From IMG/VR virus record IMGVR_UViG_3300013093_000043, positions 3,681-67,680 of that record: a DNA stretch of 64,000 nt; one strand, written 5' to 3'. Origin of the DNA: a virus. The notes below the pieces were generated by a model, which was not told the DNA's origin, made no database searches, and was given only the letters and a program-made list of their open reading frames with translations. Made by a program: the position numbers and the translations under genes. How positions within the stretch are numbered: position 1 is the first letter of the stretch; every line of letters starts with the position of its first letter. Positions 1-10,700 of this stretch are shown one piece after another.

Positions 1-1
1 G

Positions 2-2050
2 CATCAATATGCCTCGTGGAGCTACACATGGACTCTTTGGTGGCTGGACCTTAACGATTACAATCAGCTCATGACTGCCGGCACAGTGGAAAGTGCCAAC
101 AGTTGGAATCCCACAGTGGGACTTAGTTATGTAATCGCTGAAGATGCCAGTCTCTATCCCGACCGTAGATTGCCCGGAGTGCCCTATGACTATATCATTG
201 ACAGTGTGGAATTTGAAACACTAGTCACTCCCAATACTCGTACCAAGAGTTCAAATCTAATAGAGGGAACGATGGTTATTCAAGAACCATACGGAATTAG
301 TTTTGTTGATGTTTTGGTCAAAGCCGGCTATAGTCTCAATCCAGGGCAACAACAAAATTATCTACTACGTCCCTACATGTTAGAGTGCAATTTTGTCGGC
401 TACGACGACAATGGCAATGCCGTTCCGCAAACCGAAACTGCTGTATATAGAAAACGTTTTCCTATTAGGATATTAGGCATAGATATTGAAGCCGGAACAA
501 AAGGTACCGAATACAAAGTGAGCTATTGTGCTGCCGGGCATATAGCACATTTTGACGAGTTGGGTAAAATGCCCATAGATATCAGTGTCACTGCCGGCAC
601 TGTCAATGAATTTTTTACACAATTCGCAAAAAAATTAAACAATTATTGGCAAACATTGGCCATATATGGCGGAACCGGAAGCAACGGATTTCGAGTACAA
701 TATCCCGATTCATATGAATTTGTACTCGATCCCAGCATTGGTTCAGGCAATATAGTGGATCAAACTCAATTGAGTCTGCAAGATGCAAACACTGCCGGTA
801 TTGACATGGACTTTACCAAGCAAACATTTAAAATTAGTCGAGGCACTCCCATTATCAATGTCATTGAAGGCATAATGGCACACAGTGATTATTTTATTAA
901 TTTACAAGGAGTAGGGTCTACCAGTACCGGATCGGGCAGCACACAAAATCAAACCACAATCTTTAATATTTTCAAAACTCAAGTAAAAACTCAATACAAG
1001 GCTCCGGTGGGCAGTGGATCAACTTCGTCGGGAAGTGAAGCTGCATTTGACACCTACAGAAATTGTTACCCGCAGGCTGTAACTTATTATATTCATCAAT
1101 ACCCCACCTGGGACGGCAAAGATCCCAACATGCCGTTGTTTGCCGACAGTGCCGACTACACGTTAAAAAGATATAATTATCTTTACACCGGACACAATGT
1201 TGATGTTATTGATTTTAAATTGAATTTTAACACAACGTTTTATACTCAAGTCATGGCCTACACTGATTTGGTGGCTGGTGTAACTCCGTCAAAAAGCACA
1301 CTGAACAACTCGTTGCAACAGTCAATCAATATTCCGTTATTGGGATTGGGCACCATTGGCGGCTTGATCCCGGCAGTGGCGGCGGCTCAAGAAAATAACC
1401 CAACGCCGTTGCGATATAGAATCATAAACAACAATCCCAATTGGAGTACTGGTTACAATCGCGAAACACGTCCAGCAGCAGTGGCCGCTGCACAAGTGAT
1501 CAATTCAACTTACACCGATTCTCAAGGCGACATGGTCAGTTTAGAGATGCGTATTGTGGGCGATCCTACTCTGATAAAACAAGACGACTGGTATTACGGT
1601 CCCGATCCCACAGCCGAAGGCGACTACAACAAGTGGAACTCGATGAGCCAGAGCGATTTTATTGCAACCTACGGACATGCTAGAACCGACACCGGCGAAG
1701 TCGTGGTGCGGGTCAATGTCAATACTGTATACGATCTTGACGCTGATGTACCTGGATTGAATCAAGGACTGATGTTTCCCGATCCCAGCCTGGGCACTGC
1801 ATCACTGTTTAGTGGCCAATACAAAATCAGCACAGTAAAAAGCGAGTTTAAAAACGGAGTATTTGAACAAACTTTAAATTTATATCGTTATGTCAACGAC
1901 AGTATAAATGCAGCATTCAGACAGTCGCAAAATAATCAACGCGAAATTACGCCTACCACACCTTCTGCTATCACTCCCAGCACCGGCGGAACAGTGGGAC
2001 AGGTGCAATCAAATCAAACCAGTGTCAACGGTACTACAGCAAGACAATAG
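2..2050 (+). CDS. Baseplate hub-like protein (gp27/VgrG-N-like), 5'-truncated by the window edge
   Basis: The frame is open from base 2 (HQYASWSYTW...) into the listed ORF at 71. C-terminal motifs LEMRIVGDPTLI and FSGQYKISTVKSEFKNGVFEQTLNL are typical of myovirus hub proteins. It lies directly upstream of a gp5-like gene. Confidence 0.7.
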   Translation, partial: HQYASWSYTWTLWWLDLNDYNQLMTAGTVESANSWNPTVGLSYVIAEDASLYPDRRLPGVPYDYIIDSVEFETLVTPNTRTKSSNLIEGTMVIQEPYGISFVDVLVKAGYSLNPGQQQNYLLRPYMLECNFVGYDDNGNAVPQTETAVYRKRFPIRILGIDIEAGTKGTEYKVSYCAAGHIAHFDELGKMPIDISVTAGTVNEFFTQFAKKLNNYWQTLAIYGGTGSNGFRVQYPDSYEFVLDPSIGSGNIVDQTQLSLQDANTAGIDMDFTKQTFKISRGTPIINVIEGIMAHSDYFINLQGVGSTSTGSGSTQNQTTIFNIFKTQVKTQYKAPVGSGSTSSGSEAAFDTYRNCYPQAVTYYIHQYPTWDGKDPNMPLFADSADYTLKRYNYLYTGHNVDVIDFKLNFNTTFYTQVMAYTDLVAGVTPSKSTLNNSLQQSINIPLLGLGTIGGLIPAVAAAQENNPTPLRYRIINNNPNWSTGYNRETRPAAVAAAQVINSTYTDSQGDMVSLEMRIVGDPTLIKQDDWYYGPDPTAEGDYNKWNSMSQSDFIATYGHARTDTGEVVVRVNVNTVYDLDADVPGLNQGLMFPDPSLGTASLFSGQYKISTVKSEFKNGVFEQTLNLYRYVNDSINAAFRQSQNNQREITPTTPSAITPSTGGTVGQVQSNQTSVNGTTARQ

Positions 2051-2063
2051 GAAATAATCAATT

Positions 2064-3644
2064 ATGGCAACAAGCGATTCTCAAAAAACTGGTACTGATG
2101 TTACAGCACAAGCCACCAGCAAAGGTGGCGGACAAACTATCGATCCCGGTCCCTATATCGGAATAGTTCGTGGCTATGTTGAAGGTACTAGAATGGGACA
2201 ACTCAAAGTAGAAATTCCTGAGTTACAAGGAAAATTCAATCCCGGCGATCAAGGACTCGACACCGACGATTTCCCCACAGTAACCTACGCCAGTCCGTTT
2301 TTTGGACAAACATACGGCACCGATACCGGGGCAGCACCCAATTCGCCGGCCACAGCCGGACAAAGTTACGGCATGTGGTTTGTTCCACCTGACATAGGCA
2401 CACAAGTGCTAGTTACGTTTGTTGGCGGCCAAAAAAATCGCGGCTATTGGTTTGGATGTGTTGTGAATACTCCCAGTCATCACATGGTGCCGGCCATTGG
2501 ACGACACATTGGTGGAGCTGCAAATACTCTTAATCCTGCAGACTCGTTGAATCCCTATATCAACAGCTCGAGCGTGTTGCCAGTAGTCGAAGCCGATAGC
2601 TCAGACCCCACACTGTGGTCGTCGACCGGCATTGCCGGTGCCGGCAGATATCCACACGAATATCAAACCATGATCTTGGCTAGTCAGGGTCTGGACCAAG
2701 ATCCCATCCGCGGTGCAATCAGTTCCAGTAGCAGCAGAGAAGTTCCCAGCAATGTGTACGGAATCAGCACCCCGGGCAGAAAAGCCACAAAAACAGATCA
2801 AGTGCCAATTGATCCACAGGCGGTGTTATATCGCAAGGGCGGACATACATTTGTCATGGATGATGGTGCAGCCGGAGACGATGTAAACCCGGCTGGCACA
2901 GATCAGCTGATACGATTACGCACCAGCGGCGGGCATCAAATTCTCATGAACGACACTGAAAATATTTTGTATATTGCCAGTGCCAGCGGAGAACACTGGA
3001 TCGAATTAAGTGCCAACGGATCATTGAATATCTACGCAGCAGCCGGATTCAATGTGCGATCCGAGGGAGTAATGAATTTGTGCAGCGACAGTGCAATTAT
3101 TATGGATGCTCCGCAAATTGTAATGAATGCAGCAAAGGCAATTGCTTTGACTACTCAAGGTACGTTTTCGACCAGTGCTGCTACTGCTGCATCAATAACT
3201 GCCGGCGGGTCTGCGAGCCTAAGCGGTGCAACTGCATCGGTCAAAGGCACGGCATTGGCCAGTCTGAGCGGCGGATTTACCAATATCAGCGGGGGACTAA
3301 TCAATATCAGCGGGGGACTGGGAGCAGCTGCACTGGGAGCAGCAACCAGTTTGCTTGGAAAAGGTCCCGGCTATGCCAAAACACAATCTACATTGGTACC
3401 GTCCTACAACGGAACCAATTGGGTGGCCAATAACAAAGCACTACAGACAATTTGCACTGTGACCCCGGGGCACGAACCCTGGGACCGCAATCAAACTCCG
3501 GGATCGGCTCCCAGTACCGCAGCGGCTTCTGTAGTAGCAGCCGGAATCAATACCACAGTGGCTGCAGGTACTGCATCGTCAACTGGTACTACAACTACAC
3601 CTACAACTACACCGGCTGATGTGGCTCCAGGAGGATCACCTTAA
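2064..3644 (+). CDS. Baseplate central spike, gp5/VgrG-like (OB-fold plus beta-helix)
   Basis: OB-fold motifs GPYIGIV..RMGQLKVEIP and YGMWFVPPDIGTQVLVTFVGG..RGYWFGC. The segment GGHTFVMDD..IRLRTSGGHQILMND is followed by Ser/Gly/Ala-rich beta-helix repeats. Confidence 0.8.
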   Translation: MATSDSQKTGTDVTAQATSKGGGQTIDPGPYIGIVRGYVEGTRMGQLKVEIPELQGKFNPGDQGLDTDDFPTVTYASPFFGQTYGTDTGAAPNSPATAGQSYGMWFVPPDIGTQVLVTFVGGQKNRGYWFGCVVNTPSHHMVPAIGRHIGGAANTLNPADSLNPYINSSSVLPVVEADSSDPTLWSSTGIAGAGRYPHEYQTMILASQGLDQDPIRGAISSSSSREVPSNVYGISTPGRKATKTDQVPIDPQAVLYRKGGHTFVMDDGAAGDDVNPAGTDQLIRLRTSGGHQILMNDTENILYIASASGEHWIELSANGSLNIYAAAGFNVRSEGVMNLCSDSAIIMDAPQIVMNAAKAIALTTQGTFSTSAATAASITAGGSASLSGATASVKGTALASLSGGFTNISGGLINISGGLGAAALGAATSLLGKGPGYAKTQSTLVPSYNGTNWVANNKALQTICTVTPGHEPWDRNQTPGSAPSTAAASVVAAGINTTVAAGTASSTGTTTTPTTTPADVAPGGSP

Positions 3645-3646
3645 TC

Positions 3647-4282
3647 ATGAGTACCTCGTTTGGAATATTATCGGCCCAAGGACAAGCAATTGAAAATCAA
3701 TTACCCATACTATGGCTCAGCAAGCCGGGCATACCGGCAACTCCGCCAAGCTGGGCTAATATTGCAATACTGACCTCGACTCAAGTGCAAAATCTACAAG
3801 CCGAAATCAGTTACGATCAAAGCGGATGGAATTACAACAAAATTGGAGCCAATAATCAATTGGGGGCATATCAGATCAGCACACAAAATCTAGAAACCTA
3901 TGGTTTATTGGCCGCTGGCAGTAATGCTGTTTACGGCAACGATTGCGTCAATTATCGCAACTGTTGGCAACAGGTTGTGGTACGTAACAACACAAATTCG
4001 TATGCAAACTATCTGTATAACATACAAAGTTTGTCGGGATTTTTAACCAATACTGTGGCACAAGATCATTTGGCTTTTCAAATCATATACGATTTGTATA
4101 ACAATCTAGTGCAGGCCGGGGCCATAGTCGGTACAGATTCTGCAGAAACTGCAGCCGGCATGATCTACGTAGGGTGGAATTTGGGCATCAGCGGTGCATT
4201 TGATTGGCGATACTCCAATATCGGCAACGGGGCAAACTATTACAACAGTGGTAGATATGCCATCGCGGTTTTAAGCCAATAA
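3647..4282 (+). CDS. Lysozyme/transglycosylase-like virion protein, probably catalytically degenerate
   Basis: AEISYDQSGWNY...LGAYQIS...L...G resembles the lysozyme-fold E-S...G-x-YQ motif. It sits between gp5-like and gp25-like genes. Confidence 0.5.
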   Translation: MSTSFGILSAQGQAIENQLPILWLSKPGIPATPPSWANIAILTSTQVQNLQAEISYDQSGWNYNKIGANNQLGAYQISTQNLETYGLLAAGSNAVYGNDCVNYRNCWQQVVVRNNTNSYANYLYNIQSLSGFLTNTVAQDHLAFQIIYDLYNNLVQAGAIVGTDSAETAAGMIYVGWNLGISGAFDWRYSNIGNGANYYNSGRYAIAVLSQ

Positions 4283-4285
4283 ATA
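4280..4285 (+). promoter_or_regulatory. Putative late promoter core TAAATA (T4 gp55-type)
   Basis: ATAAATA ends 4 nt before the ATG at 4290. The same hexamer recurs upstream of several structural genes. Confidence 0.5.
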
Positions 4286-4289
4286 CTGT

Positions 4290-4664
4290 ATGGCCACATA
4301 CAAAGGATTCAGCACACTAAACAGTCCCAAGAAGTTTACCTTGACTGATTTTCAACTTGCCAAACAAGATTTGATCAATTATTTCAGTATTCGTAAAGGA
4401 CAAAAACTAATGCAACCAAATTTTGGAACCATAATTTGGGATATGTTGTTTGAACCCTTGGACGATACTACCAGACAACTTATTCAGCAGGATATAACAC
4501 GAATAGTGGGATACGATCCGAGACTGAAAGTGGGTCAAGTGGCAATTACTCAACAAGATACGGGATTTCTAATTCAATTGACCTTGAGTTATGTGAATAC
4601 CAATCAAGTCAGCACTCTCGAACTCAACTTCAACCAAAACAGTCAAACTTTGACAACCAATTAA
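4290..4664 (+). CDS. Baseplate wedge protein, gp25-like
   Basis: 124 aa with YKGFST...KQDLINYFSIRKGQKLMQPNFGTIIWDMLFEPL...DPRL, the GPW/gp25 family pattern. Confidence 0.9.
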   Translation: MATYKGFSTLNSPKKFTLTDFQLAKQDLINYFSIRKGQKLMQPNFGTIIWDMLFEPLDDTTRQLIQQDITRIVGYDPRLKVGQVAITQQDTGFLIQLTLSYVNTNQVSTLELNFNQNSQTLTTN

Positions 4665-4685
4665 CTACCCATATTATTATTGCAA

Positions 4686-4691
4686 TAAATA
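4686..4691 (+). promoter_or_regulatory. Putative late promoter core TAAATA
   Basis: In the intergenic gap 20 nt upstream of the ATG at 4711. Confidence 0.5.
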
Positions 4692-4710
4692 CTAGATATA
4701 GGTAAGAAAT

Positions 4711-7700
4711 ATGGCTCAAACAACACGTCAAACCAGTCTGCTTGTTCAGCAAGATTGGACTAAAATTTATCAAACGTTTACCAACGCGGACTTTACCAGT
4801 TACGATTTTGAAACAATTCGTAACACCATGATAAATTATATCAAGACTTATTATCCCGAAACATTCAATGACTTTATTGAAAGCAGTGAATTTATTGCTA
4901 TCATTGACATGATCAGCTTCTTGGGACAGAGTCTTGCATTTAGAACCGACTTAAATGCACGTGAAAATTTCATTGATACTGCACAACGCCGTGACAGCAT
5001 ATTGAAATTGGCACGTATGTTGAGCTACAATCCCAATAGAAACAATTCGGCCAGTGGCCTGTTGAAATTTGACAGTATTAGAACCACTCAAGCCATAGTC
5101 GACAGTAACGGTGTCAACTTGTCAAATGCCACAATCAATTGGAACGATTTGACCAATGACAATTGGCTAGAACAATTTACCACCATATTGAATGCAGCAT
5201 TGGTTTCTAGCGAAAGTGTAGGCAAGCCAGGAAACAGTCAAGAAATAAACGGCATACAAACCAGCGAATACACAGTAAACTTGGCAACAAACGTGTTGCC
5301 AATAGCCAAGTTCACATCCACAGTCAATGGCGTATCAACTCCGTTTGAAGCAGTCAGTGCCACCAGCGTGGGACAAAATTATATCTACGAAGACGACCCA
5401 ACAAAAATTGGTGAGTTCAATATTCTTTATCGCAACGACAACAACGGCAATGGCAGCAACGACACCGGATTTTTTATCTATTTCAAACAAGGTGCACTGA
5501 ATGCCACATCGTTTACGATTCAAAATGCAGTGCCAAACAATTATGTTCCGGTGGCAACAAACAATATCACAACCGGCGATCAGTGGTTGTATGCCACCAA
5601 CGTCAACGGGGGACCAACAACCAAGTGGACTCAAGTGCCAGCACTGCCCGGAATCAATGTTATCTACAATAACGAAACAGATAAAAATTTATATCAAATC
5701 AATACCCTTACCAACGATCAAATCAATTTGGTGTTTGGAGATGGCAGTTTTAGTAATATTCCGCAAGGATCGTTTGTGTTTTACTATCGCACTGCCAACG
5801 GATTGACCTACAATATAAGCCCCAACGACCTGGCATCAGTTTCAATACCGTTGGTGTATGTGAGTGCAAATAACACTCTAGAAACTTTGACCATAACCGC
5901 CAGTTTAAAATACACAGTGACCAATGCCAATGCTGCTCCCAGCTTGAGCAGTATCAAGAGCAGTGCTCCGCAACAGTACTACACACAAAATCGCATGATC
6001 ACTGGCGAAGATTACAATATCTTTCCGCAAACTACATTTTCTAGCATACAAAAAATCAAGGCAGTCAATCGCTCGAGTAGCGGTGTAAGTTTATATCTAG
6101 ATGCGTTGGATCCTACTGGCAGCTACAGTACAACCAATATATTTGCCGACGACGGAGTACTAACTGCAAATAATACAACAAGTTCTACATCGTTTAGTTT
6201 TTTAACCACTAACGATATCTACAATGCCATTTACAATCAAATCATCCCGATAATTAGTTCTACAGAAATGCAGAATTATTACTATGCAACATATCCTAGA
6301 TATTTGGCCCCAAATGCAAACATACAAGTTAGTCAGTATTCGGTGTCAACGTCAAGCAGCACCGGCTATTTGCAAATATTGGGCAACACACAACAAGTGG
6401 GAGCAGGAGTAAGCGGCAATTTGCAATATGTAACAACTGGTGCAAGTTTGCAGTTTACTGCCAACGGAGTAACCAGTTACGCCAGCGTTTCTAACGTAGT
6501 TGCAAACAACGATATCAACACTCCCAGTCTGGTGTCGTTTGGCACAGTGGTTCCCAGTGGATCCTTACTAGATACTATTATACCAAGTTATAAAACCACG
6601 CTGACCACATCAGTTATCAATCAAATCATCACGTATATACAAACCAAAGTCAATTTTGGATTGTACTACGATCAAGTCAATCAAATTTGGGCAGTTATTT
6701 CGCCCTCGGCCATTGGTACCAGTACCAATTGGTTGATACTGTTTACTTACAATCAAGGACTCTACACAGTAACCTACAAAGAGATGAAATACACTTTTGG
6801 CAGTGCTGGTGGAACTAACTTTTATTTCGATCCTGCAGTACGAGTCTACAACAGTACCACAGGAACCACAATCACCGATTCGATAAAGGTATTGAGCATC
6901 AATACACAACCCAATGCAAATGTGTCCCTGGGGCAAGATGTAACATATCAAATATACAATACAATTACTGCCAGTGATGGCTACGTGGATGACACACAGG
7001 TTGCTGTCACCTTCCCCGATACTCAAGTACAAGGCATCCCCGACAATCCCGACTTGTTTTTTACAGTAAACGGCAACGTGCCAGCAACCGGCAATTCTAC
7101 TGTGAGAAGCAACTTGTATTTTCAATACAAACACAATACTCCGGCACGTAATCGAATTGATCCTACTCCGGTGAACATAATTGATTTATATATTCTAACA
7201 TCTTCGTATTCGACTGCGTACATCAATTGGTTGCAAGATACCACTGGCAAAGTTGTTGAACCTGATTTACCTACTGCCAGCAGTTTAGAAATAGAATACA
7301 ACGGGTTAGACAATTACAAAGCTATCAGCGACAGCATTGTGTATAACCCAGCACAATTCAAACCATTGTTTGGTTCCAAAGCGGATCCGACCCTGCAAGC
7401 CAATTTCCAAGTGGTAAAAAATCCTGCGGTGTCGATTACCGACAACGAAATAAAAACACAAGTAATTGCAACAATTAACAACTACTTTGATGTTAACAAT
7501 TGGAACTTTGGCGATACTTTTTACTTTAGTGAACTAGCAGCCTACTTGCACACCACTCTAGCTCCAAATATTTCCAGTATTGTTATTGTTCCGGCAAGTA
7601 CAAATCTAGTGTTTGGAAATTATTTTCAAATTAACAGCGAACCTTGGGAAATAATAACATCGGCAGCAACAGTGAATAATATACAAATTGTAAGTGCTGT

Positions 7701-7749
7701 AACAGCAGCACATTTAAATCTTGGTAATAACCTAGTAGGAACATATTAA
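4711..7749 (+). CDS. Baseplate wedge protein, gp6-like (baseplate J superfamily)
   Basis: Motifs DFTSYDFETIR..YYPETFNDFIESSE..ENFIDTAQRRDSILKLARMLSYNP, FGDGSFSNIP and QNRMITGEDY. Confidence 0.88.
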   Translation: MAQTTRQTSLLVQQDWTKIYQTFTNADFTSYDFETIRNTMINYIKTYYPETFNDFIESSEFIAIIDMISFLGQSLAFRTDLNARENFIDTAQRRDSILKLARMLSYNPNRNNSASGLLKFDSIRTTQAIVDSNGVNLSNATINWNDLTNDNWLEQFTTILNAALVSSESVGKPGNSQEINGIQTSEYTVNLATNVLPIAKFTSTVNGVSTPFEAVSATSVGQNYIYEDDPTKIGEFNILYRNDNNGNGSNDTGFFIYFKQGALNATSFTIQNAVPNNYVPVATNNITTGDQWLYATNVNGGPTTKWTQVPALPGINVIYNNETDKNLYQINTLTNDQINLVFGDGSFSNIPQGSFVFYYRTANGLTYNISPNDLASVSIPLVYVSANNTLETLTITASLKYTVTNANAAPSLSSIKSSAPQQYYTQNRMITGEDYNIFPQTTFSSIQKIKAVNRSSSGVSLYLDALDPTGSYSTTNIFADDGVLTANNTTSSTSFSFLTTNDIYNAIYNQIIPIISSTEMQNYYYATYPRYLAPNANIQVSQYSVSTSSSTGYLQILGNTQQVGAGVSGNLQYVTTGASLQFTANGVTSYASVSNVVANNDINTPSLVSFGTVVPSGSLLDTIIPSYKTTLTTSVINQIITYIQTKVNFGLYYDQVNQIWAVISPSAIGTSTNWLILFTYNQGLYTVTYKEMKYTFGSAGGTNFYFDPAVRVYNSTTGTTITDSIKVLSINTQPNANVSLGQDVTYQIYNTITASDGYVDDTQVAVTFPDTQVQGIPDNPDLFFTVNGNVPATGNSTVRSNLYFQYKHNTPARNRIDPTPVNIIDLYILTSSYSTAYINWLQDTTGKVVEPDLPTASSLEIEYNGLDNYKAISDSIVYNPAQFKPLFGSKADPTLQANFQVVKNPAVSITDNEIKTQVIATINNYFDVNNWNFGDTFYFSELAAYLHTTLAPNISSIVIVPASTNLVFGNYFQINSEPWEIITSAATVNNIQIVSAVTAAHLNLGNNLVGTY

Positions 7750-10700
7750 TGAGCACCAATCCTAGCACTAATTTTTTACCATCAGTATTTCAGAGTCCAA
7801 CAAATCGCAAATTCTTTGGTGCAACGCTTGATCAATTGATCGAGGACGCACAAAACATACCGTTGTTTGGTTATATTGGTCGAACTTTTAGTCCTACATA
7901 TAAACAAACAGATAACTATGTGCCCGAGTATACTACACAACGACAACACTATCAACTGGAGCCCAGTGTAATAGTTCGAGACGCCGACGGAAATATACAA
8001 TTAACCAGCGGATACATTGATTTATTAAACAGTATTGCCAACAACAACGGATACGCAAACAATCATCAAAGATTGTTTAGCTCACAGGCATACAGTTATG
8101 ACGGACATTTTGATTACGATAAGTTTGTAAACTATTACAATTATTACTGGTTACCTGAAGGACCATTAGACAACAACGGAAATCCCACGTCAGTGCCGGT
8201 ATATGCCAATCAAACTTCGTATCAGGCCAACTATACTGTTACAAGAAACACCAACGTCAATGGATATGAATTTAGCGGAGTAGGAAATCATCCCAACTTG
8301 CAATTGACATTGGCACGTGGAGGAACTTACACGTTCCAAGTCAATCAAGGTACCAATAACTTTTGGATACAAACTGAACCTGGAGTATCGGGAGTAAACC
8401 CCAATATAGCCACAGTATCTACTAGACAAGTATTTGGAGTAAAGAACAATGGCACCAGTTCGGGCACAGTTACTTTTCAAGTACCATTGGCAACCGCACA
8501 AAACTTTTATGCCGAGATGCCAATTCCGGCCGGGGCACAAGTTGATGCAGCAATTGGATTTCATTATACCGATATTCAAAACCAGTTACTGAGCGTGTTC
8601 TTGGCAAACTTCCCCACTGGACTGGACGGAATCACAAGCCAATTAAACGGAAAAACATTTGTTTTTATCAATAACGATTCAGATGCAAGTTATTGGACAA
8701 CACCGTCACTGCCGGCAGCAATCACCAGCACAATTACTACTGCTCCGGGCAGTGTGATTCCGGCCGCGACAAGAACCAACGTGTGGAAAATAGCCTTGGT
8801 TCCGACCGGAACTGGAGATTCGGTAATACAAATATCACCAACGGTAGCAGTAGCACCACTCAACAAGGTGTTTGTGCAATCGGGGATTACCTATGCCAGC
8901 AACGAGTTTTGGTTGAACAACAACTATCTATATTCCTTGGTGCCGGCTATTACTGCCAATTTGGACACATTGTACTACCAAGACGGAAGCAATCCTGATT
9001 TTTATGGTGTTATTAAATTAGTAAACAACAACAATAGCACCATTGATGTGGACAAGGATATATTGGGGTCAATTGGATATACCAGTCCCAACGGAGTAAT
9101 TTTTACCAACGGACTTAAAATTACATTTGATTCCTTGGTCACTCCCAGTACCTATGCCAACAATACCTATTATGTTGAAGGAGTTGGAACTTCAATTGCA
9201 CTAGTAGAAGCAAATAGTTTAACTGTGCCCGAAGCTTATAGCGTAGACATTGCTACCAGTCCCGACTATATAACAATAAATCGTGCAAGCCAAGATCTAA
9301 ATCCCTGGAGTAGATACAATCGTTGGTTCCACAAAGATGTTATCACTGCCACTGCCAATTACCTTGGTATAACGGCCAATTACGGCCCGTCAATTGTGGG
9401 ACGCCGCCCCATTATTGAATTTGAACCCAACTTGCAATTGTTCAATTTTGGTAATCAAATTCTTTCGGGAATTGACATAGTGAGCTTTGACAGTACCGAT
9501 GCTTTTGTCACCATTGAAGGGCAAACTACTGCAACTGTAGATGGACAAGTACTGACCCATGGACAAACAATTATATTCACAAATGATTACGACACAAATG
9601 TAACCAATCAAGTTTATCAAGTACAAATAGAAAATATTCTAAGTAGAAATTATATCACCCTTGTCAACACCGGGGTCACTGTTGTTGAAGGCATGGTGGT
9701 TACTCCAACAGCCGGTGCCCATCGCGGTATAACCTATCACTATACCGGCACTGCCTGGACCACAAGTCAAAACAAAACCGAAGTAATTCAACCGCCACGA
9801 TTCGACATTGTTGACACCAATGGTTACAGTTTTAGCGATGCCACAGTATATCCAGGCACAACATTTGCAGGAACATATTTCTTTGGTTATTCGGGCTACG
9901 GAACCAGCAGCAGTACCAATGACAACATTTTGGGATTTCCGTTAGCTTATCAAAATTTCAACAACATTGGCGACATAGTTTTTTCCAATTATTACGATAC
10001 CGACACTTTCACCGATGCGTCGGGAACTGTGTTGATCAACACCGGCTACTTGGCCAAAAACTACAACGGCTCGGTAACAAAGTTAAACAATTGGACAAAG
10101 AATATAGATCCAACCGAACAATATCAATTGTTCACAAAATTCTATGACGGTCATGTAATAACCGTAAACGGAGCACAAAAAGCATTTGTGCAACTTGATG
10201 TTTTGCCAGCTGCACAAAAGACCGTTCCCTATTTAAAAGTATACCTAAATAATGCCATACTGACTCCTACTGTAGATTATCAACAGACAAAAGTTGGTAT
10301 CTACAACGTGGTTGTGCTAACAACATTACCAAATATCAATGACAAAATTGATGTATTGGTGTTTAACCAACGGTCAGTCAGCCGCACTGGATTTTATCAA
10401 GTGCCTGACAATTTGAATCTAAATCCACTTAATCAAAATTTCAATTCGATCACACTGGGACAACTGCGTACACACTACAACAAGTTAATAGAAAATACCA
10501 GCACAAATTCAATTCCGGTACAGGATAATTATCTAAAACAACAAGGTGGTGTCATAGTACAACACCAAGCTCCGGCGATATATGCAATGACATTTTTAAA
10601 TGATCCCGTTGCAAATTTTGTTGATGGTATTACACTGGCCAAAAAAGAATACGCAAAATTTAAGAATAAATTTTTATCGCTTTGCAATTCATTAACAACA

